Source: Terracidiphilus sp. (GTDB lineage: Bacteria > Acidobacteriota > Terriglobia > Terriglobales > Acidobacteriaceae). Taken from it: a DNA stretch of 64,000 nt. The stretch spans positions 24,524 to 88,523 of the forward strand of contig JADGNO010000163.1 of the NCBI GenBank assembly GCA_017883405.1, written 5' to 3'. The position numbers and the translations under genes were made by a program. This document shows positions 1 through 9,416 of the stretch, piece after piece. The first letter of the stretch is position 1. Each line of letters starts with the position of its first letter. The notes under the pieces were generated by a model. The model was not told where the DNA came from and made no database searches. It worked only from the letters and a program-made list of their open reading frames with translations.

Positions 1-5
1 GCCCG

Positions 6-290
6 TTGATCGCGTCTGTTTTGTTTCTGGCTGCCGGCCTGAGCCTGATTTTCACCTATTGCAATGGCGCCAGCAATTTTAATGCTGCTTTTCCGATGGC
101 AGCGTCTGTATTTCACCTCGACATTACAACGGCGGGCCCTGCCGCACTGGGCGGAATTGCGCTGACTGGCCTCGGAGTTTTGCTGCTCGTGTGGGCGCTT
201 CTGGCAGCCATTGTGGGCCAGATCAGCCTGCTCTTCCGCCATAACAAAGACGACAACCGGATTGTTACGTCAGAGCGGATCTTTGAATAG
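6..290 (+). CDS. Hypothetical membrane protein (5' end probably beyond window edge)
   Basis: ORF with two hydrophobic segments, beginning at the window edge. Confidence 0.5.
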   Translation: MIASVLFLAAGLSLIFTYCNGASNFNAAFPMAASVFHLDITTAGPAALGGIALTGLGVLLLVWALLAAIVGQISLLFRHNKDDNRIVTSERIFE

Positions 291-338
291 GAGTCGCTGG
301 GAATAGGAGTCGGTGCAATGGGAGACGCCGGCGCGCTG

Positions 339-758
339 CTACCTGAGCCTGCTGCGCACTTCAATCCTGATTAGATAAAGAAAAAACACCAGGTTCAACA
401 GTCCTTGCACCAGGAATGGGAACTGGCGCTCAGTCGTGAACCTCCACGCAAACAGCGTCACCAGCAGCACAATCGCCCCCAGCGTAAGCGCCCATGCCCA
501 TCGCAATAGCCGCAGCAGGCCAAGCGCCGCGGTGATAAAGAATGCCGAAAAGATCAGGTAGACCGGGCGGAACTGGCCGTTCACGACACCGAGAATGCTA
601 ACCCCTGCCAGCAACAGCATGTAGAGCGAGATACCCGCGAGGCCAGGAAGCGGCAGCAGTTCGCGGGTCCTTGGCTGCGAGGATGGGGCGACTGCCTCCC
701 TGGGGTCTTCTCCAGGTTCTGCATCGCTCGCGGCGCTACTTCTTATCTCATCGCTCAT
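339..758 (-). CDS. Hypothetical 4-TM membrane protein
   Basis: Four hydrophobic helices; start overlaps stop of upstream cytochrome c gene (ATGA coupling). Confidence 0.7.
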   Translation of the reverse strand: MSDEIRSSAASDAEPGEDPREAVAPSSQPRTRELLPLPGLAGISLYMLLLAGVSILGVVNGQFRPVYLIFSAFFITAALGLLRLLRWAWALTLGAIVLLVTLFAWRFTTERQFPFLVQGLLNLVFFLYLIRIEVRSRLR

Positions 759-1120
759 AGGGTTTTCAGATAAGCCAGCAAATCCTGCAGTTGATCGTCA
801 GTGAGTGAGGTGGCGGGCATCATGCCGCGCCCGCGCACAATCACAGCCGTAAGCCGTTCGTCAGTGGGCGGCGCGCCAGAAGGCATGGCGCTCTCCTTGG
901 TGATGGCTTGCAGTCCGGGCCCGTTCAACGAATGCGTATCGTTGGGGCGATGGCAGCGGGCGCAGTGGTTTTGGTAAACAGCGGCTCCGCGCGCTTCCTG
1001 CGGCGTCCACTCTGACGAGGGCTTTGATGGCGGCAGCGAACGGCAGCCGGCAAGACTCATGGCGGCAGCGGCTGCACAGAGGATGAATGCCAAGAATGCA
1101 GGAGGATAATGTACGCGCAT
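755..1120 (-). CDS. Monohaem cytochrome c lipoprotein
   Basis: Lipobox LAGC, CxxCH (CARCH), GxxxMP axial Met motif, C-terminal 'LLAYLKTL'. Confidence 0.85.
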   Translation of the reverse strand: MRVHYPPAFLAFILCAAAAAMSLAGCRSLPPSKPSSEWTPQEARGAAVYQNHCARCHRPNDTHSLNGPGLQAITKESAMPSGAPPTDERLTAVIVRGRGMMPATSLTDDQLQDLLAYLKTL

Positions 1121-1171
1121 TTGCCTCTGATAATACAGCTTGGGGGCGCATGCAGCTCGTATTGAAACGCT

Positions 1172-2857
1172 TCAGTCGGCAGCCGCGATGGCTTCAGCGA
1201 GTCGGTCCACTGCCTGTGCTTCGGCATCGCTTCCGGGACGGCGTCCATTCACGAGAATTGAGAACGCCAGTGTCTGCCCGCTGTTCGCTGTGAGATACCC
1301 GGTGAGCGCGTTGACCTCATTGATGGTTCCCGTCTTGGCCCACATCTTCCCTTTCAGGGGCGAGTTCTTAAAGCGGTTCTGCAGAGTGCCGTCTACACCG
1401 GCGATAGGCAATGAAGCGCGCCAGTCAGCACCCCACGGTTGTGCGGCAGCGTAGGTAAGCAGGCGCGTGAAAGCACGCGGAGCAACGCGATCGTCAGGAC
1501 TCAGGCCGGAGCCGTCGTAAAGAAAAAATTCCTTGTCGCTGATGCCTGCGTCGACCATGAACTGACGCACCACGCGCGATCCCTGTTCGAAGCTGCCATC
1601 GCTGCCAAAGACCTTGCCGAGCAGCCGCAGCAGCAACTCCGCGTGCAGATTCTGGCTGATTTTGTTGGTGACCGCAATGTCCTGCCCGACAGGCGGCGAG
1701 AAACGCATGCCGAGAACCTTCTGATCTCCGGCGGGGGCGGTAATGCGCGATATGTCAGAGCGTTTGAGCTGCAGCGGCTGTGCGCGCTCATCCGCAAAAT
1801 CGCCAGTTCCGTTTGCGTACTTGTGCCGGGAGACGGCGGAACCTGAAACGAGGATGCCCCGCCTGCGCAAGGCCTCTTTGAAGACGGTGGCAAAGTACAC
1901 GGCCGGATCTTCGACGGCCATATTCACGTGCAGCCCGTCCGGCGCAACCGTTCCCCAGGTGCGGACCATCAGAGAGCCGGGCAGGCGCTCCAGGCCCGGG
2001 TGTGGCGTTTCGCCTCCCAGTGCTGGGGTCATGTTGTTGTCGACCGTGTAGTACTCAATGGGCGGCATCCACTCTGCGACCGTTGCCCCGGGGACCGACG
2101 CGTCGGCATGAATGTTGAGACGGGCAGCGTTGTCATTGAAGGTCAGCGCGGAGACGGGCGCGCCGTAGTCCCACTGCAGATCACCCCACGACCAGTTTTG
2201 GCCGTACGGTTCGTCCACAAAAAAGCTGTCGTCACCAATGATGTCGCCATCGACCGAGCGAACGCCGTCCTGCTCAACCTGGCGTGCAAGCAGGTCGAGC
2301 GGGGTCATGGGATCGACGGGCTTTCCAACAGTAGCAGCGCCGTTGTCTGTCGCGTTAGCGGGGGGCGCTGGCGCCGGAGCAGCGCCTGAAGGCACAGGCG
2401 GCTTGTACGGGTAAGGACGGAGGCTGATGGTGGGGTCGCCAACACCGAGCAGAACCAGGTTGCCATGCAAAGTTCCGGCGGCATCGATTTCGCCGCCTGC
2501 GGCAACGCTCGTAGTCCACGAAAGCGTTTCGACCGGCAGCAGGCCGTAAGCAGCCGCAGTGGTGACGAGCTTCACGTTTGAAGCCGGCACAAACAGCTTT
2601 GCCTCGTTCAGCGAGTAGACCGGCTTTCCATCCAGCGTGGTGACGCTGATGCCGAATTGCGCGCTGCTCAAAGCAGGATCGGCCAGGATAGCGTTGATGC
2701 GCTCGCTGAGCGGGCCGCTGGTGGGAGCAGCATGCAGCGCCGATTTCGTTTGCGCGCGGCCAGCCGGCGATGCATTGCGCGCCTGCGCCGGCAACCCGGC
2801 AGTAGAGAACAGGAATCCCACCACGAGAACGAGTAAAACCCGCCGCGATTTTTCCAT
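1172..2857 (-). CDS. dacB: D-alanyl-D-alanine carboxypeptidase/endopeptidase (PBP4, peptidase S13)
   Basis: Signal peptide; PASNVK (SxxK), SQN (SxN), DGSGLS and KTG motifs. Confidence 0.93.
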   Translation of the reverse strand: MEKSRRVLLVLVVGFLFSTAGLPAQARNASPAGRAQTKSALHAAPTSGPLSERINAILADPALSSAQFGISVTTLDGKPVYSLNEAKLFVPASNVKLVTTAAAYGLLPVETLSWTTSVAAGGEIDAAGTLHGNLVLLGVGDPTISLRPYPYKPPVPSGAAPAPAPPANATDNGAATVGKPVDPMTPLDLLARQVEQDGVRSVDGDIIGDDSFFVDEPYGQNWSWGDLQWDYGAPVSALTFNDNAARLNIHADASVPGATVAEWMPPIEYYTVDNNMTPALGGETPHPGLERLPGSLMVRTWGTVAPDGLHVNMAVEDPAVYFATVFKEALRRRGILVSGSAVSRHKYANGTGDFADERAQPLQLKRSDISRITAPAGDQKVLGMRFSPPVGQDIAVTNKISQNLHAELLLRLLGKVFGSDGSFEQGSRVVRQFMVDAGISDKEFFLYDGSGLSPDDRVAPRAFTRLLTYAAAQPWGADWRASLPIAGVDGTLQNRFKNSPLKGKMWAKTGTINEVNALTGYLTANSGQTLAFSILVNGRRPGSDAEAQAVDRLAEAIAAAD

Positions 2858-2969
2858 GCCCGGAGTTTAGCAGGATGAATCCAATCTGAGTGAGAGATTG
2901 GCGGCGAGGCTGCTCGGTGCGGCGACGTTGCCCGGTGTGACGAGGGTACGCAGCGACTAACATTGGAGA

Positions 2970-3905
2970 GTGACGATGGACAGCAGAAAAGGGATGGATT
3001 GGCGGCTGCGCACCCGCACGCTTATGCTGGGGCAGCGAACGCGGGTGATGGGCGTGGTAAATATTACGCCGGACTCCTTCAGCGACGGCGGCTCGTATTT
3101 TGCGCCTGAAGCCGCTGTGGAACATGCGCTCGCGCTGCTGGACGAAGGTGCGGACCTGCTGGATCTGGGCGCCGAGAGCACGCGACCGGGTTCGCTGGCA
3201 GGCGGCGATGCTCCGGCGGTCAGCCCGGATGAAGAGCAGGCGCGCCTGTTGCCGGTTCTCGAAGGGATTTTGAAGGCGCGTCCGGACACGATCATCTCAG
3301 TAGACACATACAAGGCGGCGACAGCGCGAGCCGTTCTAAAAGCTGGCGCTGAGATCGTGAACGATGTGAGCGGGCTGACCTGGGACGCGGAGATGGCCTC
3401 AGTGTGCTCAGCGAGCGGCGCCGGCGTGGCGCTGATGCATACCCGCGGCACGCCTGCGGAGTGGAGCACGCAGCCGCCAATTGGCCCCGACGCCGTTTTT
3501 GAGCTGGTGCGCAGCGGACTCGCCAACAGTCTGGCTTTGGCGGCGGCGGCGGGCATCGCTGCGGAGGCCCTGGTTTTGGATCCCGGCTATGGTTTTGGGA
3601 AACGGGATGGCGAGAACTACGCACTGCTGGCAAGGCAAGCCGAACTGCTGTCCCTGGGGCGGCCGCTGATGGCTGGCGTGAGCCGCAAGTCATTCCTGGC
3701 TCATAAGTTGGCGAAAGCCCGCGGCGAGTGTAGCGGCGTTCAGGCACCCAAGGAAGCGCGGGAAAATGCCAGCCTGGCAGCGATGACCGCGGCGATTCTA
3801 GGTGGCGCTTCGATTGTTCGCGTTCATGCGGTGCGCCCGGCGGTGGATGCCGCCCAGGTGGCGGATTCAATCCTCTCTGCCTTGGCGGTTCCCGACTCAA
3901 AATAA
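2970..3905 (+). CDS. folP: Dihydropteroate synthase
   Basis: MGVVNITPDSFSDGG, ESTRPG, DPGYGFGK, SRKSF and RVH motifs. Confidence 0.96.
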   Translation: MTMDSRKGMDWRLRTRTLMLGQRTRVMGVVNITPDSFSDGGSYFAPEAAVEHALALLDEGADLLDLGAESTRPGSLAGGDAPAVSPDEEQARLLPVLEGILKARPDTIISVDTYKAATARAVLKAGAEIVNDVSGLTWDAEMASVCSASGAGVALMHTRGTPAEWSTQPPIGPDAVFELVRSGLANSLALAAAAGIAAEALVLDPGYGFGKRDGENYALLARQAELLSLGRPLMAGVSRKSFLAHKLAKARGECSGVQAPKEARENASLAAMTAAILGGASIVRVHAVRPAVDAAQVADSILSALAVPDSK

Positions 3906-3927
3906 GGCGCTTGAGGAGATGACAAAT

Positions 3928-3959
3928 AAATGGTATGACCAATTTGGTATAGATCAATT
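3928..3959. promoter_or_regulatory. Tandem FadR/GntR-type operator (PdhR/LldR-like) upstream of larA
   Basis: AAATGGTATGACCAATT (3928-3944) nearly matches AATTGGTnnnACCAATT; a second degenerate copy overlaps at 3942-3959. Confidence 0.55.
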
Positions 3960-4019
3960 AGGATTATGTGTAGAGCCCGAGAACGACCGCGGCCGGTACG
4001 AATCCGGTATTAGTCATTG

Positions 4020-5300
4020 ATGAAAACGCAATTCTCTTTTGGAAAAGACGGCCTGCTGGTTTCGGTTCCGGATAACTACGCATCGCAGGTAGTGAGCAGT
4101 CACAGCGCCCCTGCATTGGGCGATGTGCCCTCTGCGTTGGCAGCCGCCCTTGATTACCCCATCGGTTGCCGGCCATTGGTGGAACTGGCTGCAGGAAAAC
4201 GCACCGCCGCCATTTCAGTTTGCGATATCACGCGTCCCGCGCCGAATTCCACCACGCTGCCTCCTTTGCTCAATCGCCTGCACCAGGCAGGAATTCCAGT
4301 TGAAGGCATCACGATCCTGATCGCAACAGGCCTGCATCGCGACGCAACCAGAGAAGAGCTGGACATCATCCTCGGGCCGGAGATTGCCGGCACGTATCGC
4401 GTGGAAAGTCACGACGCGCGCGATTTTGCAGCGCATCGCGCGCTTGGTTCTACCAGGCGAGGAACGCCCGTGTACATTGACGAGCGTTTTATGGCTGCCG
4501 ACCTGCACATCACGCTCGGGTTCGTCGAGCAGCACCTGATGTTGGGCTTCAGTGGCGGCCGCAAGCTGGTGGCGCCGGGTCAGGCCGCGCAGGAGACCAT
4601 CAAGGTTATTCACTCACCGCGTTTCATGCGTGAACCGATGGCAACCGAGGGCTCGATCGAGGGAAATCCGCTGCATGACGAGCTGCTTGAGATTGCAGCC
4701 ATGGCGCGCCACGACTTCATGCTGGATGTAACGCTCACGCAGGGTCGCGAGATATCAGGTGTGTTCGCGGGCGAGCCGGTAAAGGCGCATGCAAAGGCTG
4801 TTGCGTTCCTTGAACAAACTTCGCTGGAGACGCTGTCAGAACCTGCCGATGTAGTGATTACGAGTGCGGCCGGCTATCCGCTTGACCTGACGTTCTACCA
4901 GACGGTTAAGGGTATTACTGCTGCGGAACACATTGTGAAGCCAGGCGGCAGAATCCTGTTGCTGGGCGAGTGCGCTGAAGGAATTGGCGGCTCTGAATTT
5001 GCCGAGTTGCTGCGCACACTGACGGGATTTCAGGATTTTCTGGACGCAATCCGTGAAACGCCGGTTGAAGTGGACCAGTGGCAACTTGAGAAGCTGGCTC
5101 TGGTAGGCGTGGAACACGAATTATTTTTTTACACGCCCGGCGTAACAACAGATCAGCTTGGGTGCCTGGGATCGCGGCTTTTTACCGATATCGATCGGGC
5201 GGTGGCAGCAGTGCTCGAAGGCGTCCCGCCGGGTGCCCGTGTTGTGCTGGTTCCGGACGGGCCATACGCTTATGCGCGAGCCGTTCCCGCTTACGTTTAG
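4020..5300 (+). CDS. larA: Nickel-pincer-dependent lactate racemase family protein (LarA homologue)
   Basis: CDITRP, ATGLHR, HLMLGFSGGRK, IHS and FYQTVKG correspond to LarA catalytic/cofactor-binding motifs. Confidence 0.88.
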   Translation: MKTQFSFGKDGLLVSVPDNYASQVVSSHSAPALGDVPSALAAALDYPIGCRPLVELAAGKRTAAISVCDITRPAPNSTTLPPLLNRLHQAGIPVEGITILIATGLHRDATREELDIILGPEIAGTYRVESHDARDFAAHRALGSTRRGTPVYIDERFMAADLHITLGFVEQHLMLGFSGGRKLVAPGQAAQETIKVIHSPRFMREPMATEGSIEGNPLHDELLEIAAMARHDFMLDVTLTQGREISGVFAGEPVKAHAKAVAFLEQTSLETLSEPADVVITSAAGYPLDLTFYQTVKGITAAEHIVKPGGRILLLGECAEGIGGSEFAELLRTLTGFQDFLDAIRETPVEVDQWQLEKLALVGVEHELFFYTPGVTTDQLGCLGSRLFTDIDRAVAAVLEGVPPGARVVLVPDGPYAYARAVPAYV

Positions 5301-5307
5301 AAGCAAA

Positions 5308-5380
5308 ATCCCCTAGGGGCTAAAGCCCATGTTCCTACTGAAAGCTTTGTGGCCCGACTGAAATCGGGCCCTGTTACAAA
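5308..5380 (+). repeat. Bipartite REP-like palindromic element, copy 1
   Basis: GGGCTAAAGCCC hairpin, spacer, GGCCCGACTGAAATCGGGCC hairpin, CTGTTACAA; related copy in reverse orientation at 52366-52439. Confidence 0.7.
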
Positions 5381-5392
5381 ACACTCTTCGCG

Positions 5393-6811
5393 CTAGACGC
5401 TGATTCCGACTTTCTCGCGAGGCCACTTCGAACGCATTTCCTCGTGGTCGATTGTCGGCTCGACATCGCATTCCACTTCAATCACAGTCGCTGGTTCGTC
5501 CGGCGCCTTCAGGGGCATTCCGGTCAAGCGCAGTGCGAACTCATCCTGCGTGAAGTCGACCTTCTGGCCGGTTCTGAGCAGTTTTGCCGAAAGCACTTTT
5601 GCTTTAAGCCCGCCGATGGCGACGACAACTTCGGGCTGAAAGAAGCTTAGCCACTCGGCTGCCGGCGTGTGTCCCGGCCAGTAGTGCTGGTGGATGTAGA
5701 GCGTGTTGCCGCGACGTGTGTAGTTGGCGTTCGTGTTCCAGTCGCCCTTGAAGCGGTCGGCACCGTAGATGGATTTGCCGTTACCCTCTAGCCACTTTCC
5801 TGCCGATTCGAGGATAGACAACGTGTCGGGAGGGATGGAGCCGTCCGGCTCGGGCCCGATGTTGAGCAGATAGTTGCCGCCGCCGCGCGCGCATGTGGCC
5901 AGGTTGTCGACCACCTGCTTCGGAGTCTTCCACGCATCGTCGCCGCGATTGAAACCCCAGCTGTCGTTGAGCGTCATGCACGTTTCCCAGGCGCGGCCAA
6001 CCTCAGAGGCCTGGATGTGTTGTTCCGGCGTTGAAAAATCGCCGGGCAGGCCATTGCGGTTGTTCACAATGATGTCGGGTTGAAGGCCGAAGACCATCTC
6101 GTTCATGCGTTCCGATTCCCATTGCTCCGCGGTCAACGGCCACGACACGTCATACCAGAGAACGTCGATCTTGCCGTAGTTGGTCATCAGTTCGCGAATC
6201 AGGCCGCGTGTGTAATCCACAAAGCGACGCCGCGCTGCTTCATCGGTCTTGCAGGTAGCACCGTCAGGATGGTGCCAGTCCATCAGCGAATAGTAAAAGC
6301 CCACACGCAGCCCCTCGGCGCGCGCCGCCTCCACAAATTCGCGTACCAAGTCGCGGCCAGGGCCTTGCTTCATCGCGTTGTAGTCGGTCAGTTTCGAGTC
6401 CCAATGACAGAAGCCTTCGTGGTGCTTGGTCGTCATCACCATGTACTTCTGGCCGGCTCGCTTGGCGAGGCGCGCCCAGTCGCGGGCCGCATTTGGCTTG
6501 GGATGGAAATGCTTGGCGAGAATTTCGTATTGAGGGATCGGGACGCCCTCAATTTCCTTCGACCACTCGTGTTGTCCGATGATGCTATAAAGTCCCCAGT
6601 GAATGAACATGCCGAACTTGGCTTCGTGCCACCACTTCATGCGCGCGTCGCGCGTAGCTGCCTGCTTTTGGCTTGCCACGGAGGTGGGTGCCGCTTCATT
6701 CTGCGCCCCCGACATACTCAAGCCGTCAGCTTTTGCGGCTGCCGCCGCTATGGCTCCGGCTGCGCCAATCTGTTTTAAAAAAGAGCGCCTAGTGCTCTCA
6801 TTCCACTCCAT
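5393..6811 (-). CDS. Alpha-L-fucosidase (GH29), Tat-exported
   Basis: TRRSFLK Tat motif; KFGMFIHWG, TTKHHEGF, LWYD and WETCMT GH29 motifs. Confidence 0.9.
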   Translation of the reverse strand: MEWNESTRRSFLKQIGAAGAIAAAAAKADGLSMSGAQNEAAPTSVASQKQAATRDARMKWWHEAKFGMFIHWGLYSIIGQHEWSKEIEGVPIPQYEILAKHFHPKPNAARDWARLAKRAGQKYMVMTTKHHEGFCHWDSKLTDYNAMKQGPGRDLVREFVEAARAEGLRVGFYYSLMDWHHPDGATCKTDEAARRRFVDYTRGLIRELMTNYGKIDVLWYDVSWPLTAEQWESERMNEMVFGLQPDIIVNNRNGLPGDFSTPEQHIQASEVGRAWETCMTLNDSWGFNRGDDAWKTPKQVVDNLATCARGGGNYLLNIGPEPDGSIPPDTLSILESAGKWLEGNGKSIYGADRFKGDWNTNANYTRRGNTLYIHQHYWPGHTPAAEWLSFFQPEVVVAIGGLKAKVLSAKLLRTGQKVDFTQDEFALRLTGMPLKAPDEPATVIEVECDVEPTIDHEEMRSKWPREKVGISV

Positions 6812-6857
6812 GATTGCCTCCTTGCCTTAGCCGACCAAACGGCCAGCCGCGCAGTTG

Positions 6858-6873
6858 TCGTTAACGTTTTCGA
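6858..6873. promoter_or_regulatory. Possible LacI-family operator upstream of the GH29 gene
   Basis: TCGTTAACGTTTTCGA imperfect palindrome with central CG, downstream of a minus-strand TGcTATAGT extended -10 (~6899-6907). Confidence 0.35.
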
Positions 6874-6972
6874 AAACTGCATAAAATCGCGTCGAGCCAC
6901 TATAGCAGAGGCGGGCATGGCACGAGACAGGGATGAAGCCACGTATGAGTAAGGATTGTGAGCCGATGAAAT

Positions 6973-7506
6973 TTACTGCTTTTCTGAAGCGAAGTAAGCG
7001 ACCACGCCGCCGACGAGGAGCAGGGCAGAGGCGGCAAAGATCAACACCAGCGGGCTCATCAGCGAACCAGCGCCGAAATTAAAAAGGCCCTCCGGCACAA
7101 GGGAGGTGAGAAATTGCAGGCTCACGTTGTGCGGAAGTTGTTCGAGCCAGGTGAGCCATGCCACACCATGCCGCGCCTGCCATACTGCGACCGCCGCTGC
7201 TACGACGAGGTTGACCGCAAGAGCGAAGATCTGCGCGCTGAGAATAGGCCGGGAGATGCGCTCCACGGCGGCGTTACGGCGACGAAGCTGTGCGCGCCAC
7301 CAGAGCAGGCCGGCGGAGCCAAGCTTCGCCGCTCCCACCGCATGATTGCGCGCGCGCTGAAACGCAGCGGTGACAAGGACAAGCTCGCTACACGAGCGGC
7401 AGCTGTCGACATGCGTACGCAGGTCAGATGCGCAGGCCTGCGGCCACTGGCCACGTTCGACCAGCGCCTTCACTTCAGCTTCACGCGGGCAGGAACGCAG
7501 CGTCAT
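6973..7506 (-). CDS. Zinc-finger (ZAS-type) membrane anti-sigma factor
   Basis: HxxxCxxC (HVDSCRSC), two TM helices, translationally coupled to ECF sigma gene. Confidence 0.75.
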   Translation of the reverse strand: MTLRSCPREAEVKALVERGQWPQACASDLRTHVDSCRSCSELVLVTAAFQRARNHAVGAAKLGSAGLLWWRAQLRRRNAAVERISRPILSAQIFALAVNLVVAAAVAVWQARHGVAWLTWLEQLPHNVSLQFLTSLVPEGLFNFGAGSLMSPLVLIFAASALLLVGGVVAYFASEKQ

Positions 7507-8090
7507 GCTTGCCTCCCGCGGTTCTGATTCTGCAGCAGGTACGCGATTTTGCGCCGCGCCCTGAAGAGCAACAATCGAATGCTCGCCGATGCGAGTCCGG
7601 TGATCTCGGCGATCTCGTGGTGAGAGTAGCCCTCAGCGTGAGCAAGCCAGAGCAGTTGGCGATCGCGGGGACGCATCTGCGCCAGCGCCGGGCCGAGGAT
7701 CATTTGCGAATCGGATGCGACCTGTTCATCAACGCAGGCAAAGAGATTCTCTGGCATCTCTTCAATGGAGGCGGAGCGCGGGCGACGCCAATGATCGCGA
7801 AGAAGATTTGTGGCGATGCGGAACAGATAGCGCCGGCAGGCAACTTCGCCATCAGCAAGATACGAAGGAGGATTTGCGAGACAGAGAAAGCGTACGTAGC
7901 TTTCCTGCATGATGTCCTCAGCCAGCGTGGGATCGCCCGACGTACGCGCCAGGTACGCCCACAGCGAACGGGCCGAGCGCTCATAGAATGCGGCAAACGC
8001 CTCATCATCCATGGGCGGCGCGGCGGCCGGCGACACCTCTAGAGAAGCGTCGCCGGCGAGAACGTTCGGTATGGATGATTCCCAGAACAT
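7503..8090 (-). CDS. ECF RNA polymerase sigma-70 factor
   Basis: AEDIMQESY, YLFRIATN region 2 and EGYSHHEIAEITG...LFRARRK region 4; ATG 8090 preferred over GTG 8114. Confidence 0.92.
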   Translation of the reverse strand: MFWESSIPNVLAGDASLEVSPAAAPPMDDEAFAAFYERSARSLWAYLARTSGDPTLAEDIMQESYVRFLCLANPPSYLADGEVACRRYLFRIATNLLRDHWRRPRSASIEEMPENLFACVDEQVASDSQMILGPALAQMRPRDRQLLWLAHAEGYSHHEIAEITGLASASIRLLLFRARRKIAYLLQNQNRGRQA

Positions 8091-8132
8091 ACGTGTGATT
8101 CGCCTCTTGGGCACAGCCGGATCCCTTCCGGC

Positions 8133-9080
8133 TCACTGCCTATCCTGATGTTTTGTTGACGCCATCAATTCGGCGGTTGATGCATTGTCAGGGATGAGGC
8201 CAAGTCGGCCGGCCAGCACCCATGTGACTCCTGCAGAAAGAATAAACCCGATTCCGGGCATGAGCGCTACTGTTCCCAAAACCAGCATCGGGATATGCAT
8301 ATCGGCATGTACGTTGCGGAGCAGGAAGAACCCTACACCCAGGAGAACCAGAACGACTCCGATCTGCAATGGGTTAAGCACGCGCGCCACGGCGCTGGGC
8401 ATGCGCTGATCCTGCTCAAGGCTGATGGGAATTGGAGCGGCCTCGAGGAATCGCTTGCCTGCCTCGGTCTCCATGTAGGAAGCCAGCTCCTGCGTGGAAC
8501 TGAACTTTTCAATGAGCCGCCCATGCACCTCACTTTGCAGCTTGAAGATGCGCGACCAGCGGCGATTTTCAAGAATCAGACGAACAATCCACATGGTGGC
8601 CGCGAGAAAAAGACCAAGGGCCAGCACCGGCGCAATGTCATTCCCGATCTCGGCGGAGGCAGACCTCGGACCGGGTGCGGGCCCCATCTCAGGCCACACA
8701 GCGCGCTCAAGCGCCTGCGACCGCCGCCCGCCGGGGAAATTCAGATTCGTAAAGAGGTAATACTCCGGGTTGCGCGCTACGTCTGGATGCTGAATAAGGA
8801 ACTGCGCCAGCTGCGGATTGTTTTTGTTGACGTACTCCTGGTTCGAAAGCAGCGAAGGATCGTGGGCCACAACGGTGGTAAGCGTGGGACTGGTACGCAG
8901 CAACTGGAGAAGCTGCTCCTGTGTGGCCTGCAGTTCCTGGTCGGTCATGGGCGCCACTGCGGCCGGCGGTGCCTTGGGCGGCGCGGCTTGTGCTGCCAGA
9001 AGGACCGGCTGTGCAATCAGAAGGACCGGTCCCGCAAAAAGATAAAGGGCCGCCGTCCGAATTCGATCTTGGTTAAACAT
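8133..9080 (-). CDS. Hypothetical signal-peptide-bearing membrane protein, first gene of the ECF operon
   Basis: Signal peptide, periplasmic helical region, three TM segments; RBS GAGGGAG. Confidence 0.75.
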   Translation of the reverse strand: MFNQDRIRTAALYLFAGPVLLIAQPVLLAAQAAPPKAPPAAVAPMTDQELQATQEQLLQLLRTSPTLTTVVAHDPSLLSNQEYVNKNNPQLAQFLIQHPDVARNPEYYLFTNLNFPGGRRSQALERAVWPEMGPAPGPRSASAEIGNDIAPVLALGLFLAATMWIVRLILENRRWSRIFKLQSEVHGRLIEKFSSTQELASYMETEAGKRFLEAAPIPISLEQDQRMPSAVARVLNPLQIGVVLVLLGVGFFLLRNVHADMHIPMLVLGTVALMPGIGFILSAGVTWVLAGRLGLIPDNASTAELMASTKHQDRQ

Positions 9081-9145
9081 TTTGTTTCTCCCTCGTTCGT
9101 TGATTCAATGAGTTCAAAAGCAGTAATAGGTCGTCTTCTGCACAT

Positions 9146-9175
9146 ACAACGCGGCGGCATACCGTTTGGTTAACA
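9146..9175 (-). promoter_or_regulatory. Putative ECF-sigma promoter (AAC-N17-CGT), probably autoregulatory
   Basis: Minus strand reads TGTTAAC-caaacggtatgccgccg-CGTTGT about 65 nt upstream of the operon. Confidence 0.55.
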
Positions 9176-9416
9176 GCGGCAATTCATCAGGCCGTTACTT
9201 TGCGACGTCCACCAGAATCCTTATGATCTTTGTGCTCCGGCATGGCCAGGGTGTCGGCGGGGTTTATCATCGAAAATGGTGCAGGTTCAGGCCGCCTGCG
9301 CCGTGAGACGGCAGGCGTGGCGGCTAGGGTGGTTCGGCTTGCCAATGTGCCGCGAATCAAGGCCAGACTATCTGCGCGAATCACCAAAACAGGCTGCAAT
9401 ACAGGATGGAAAGTTA

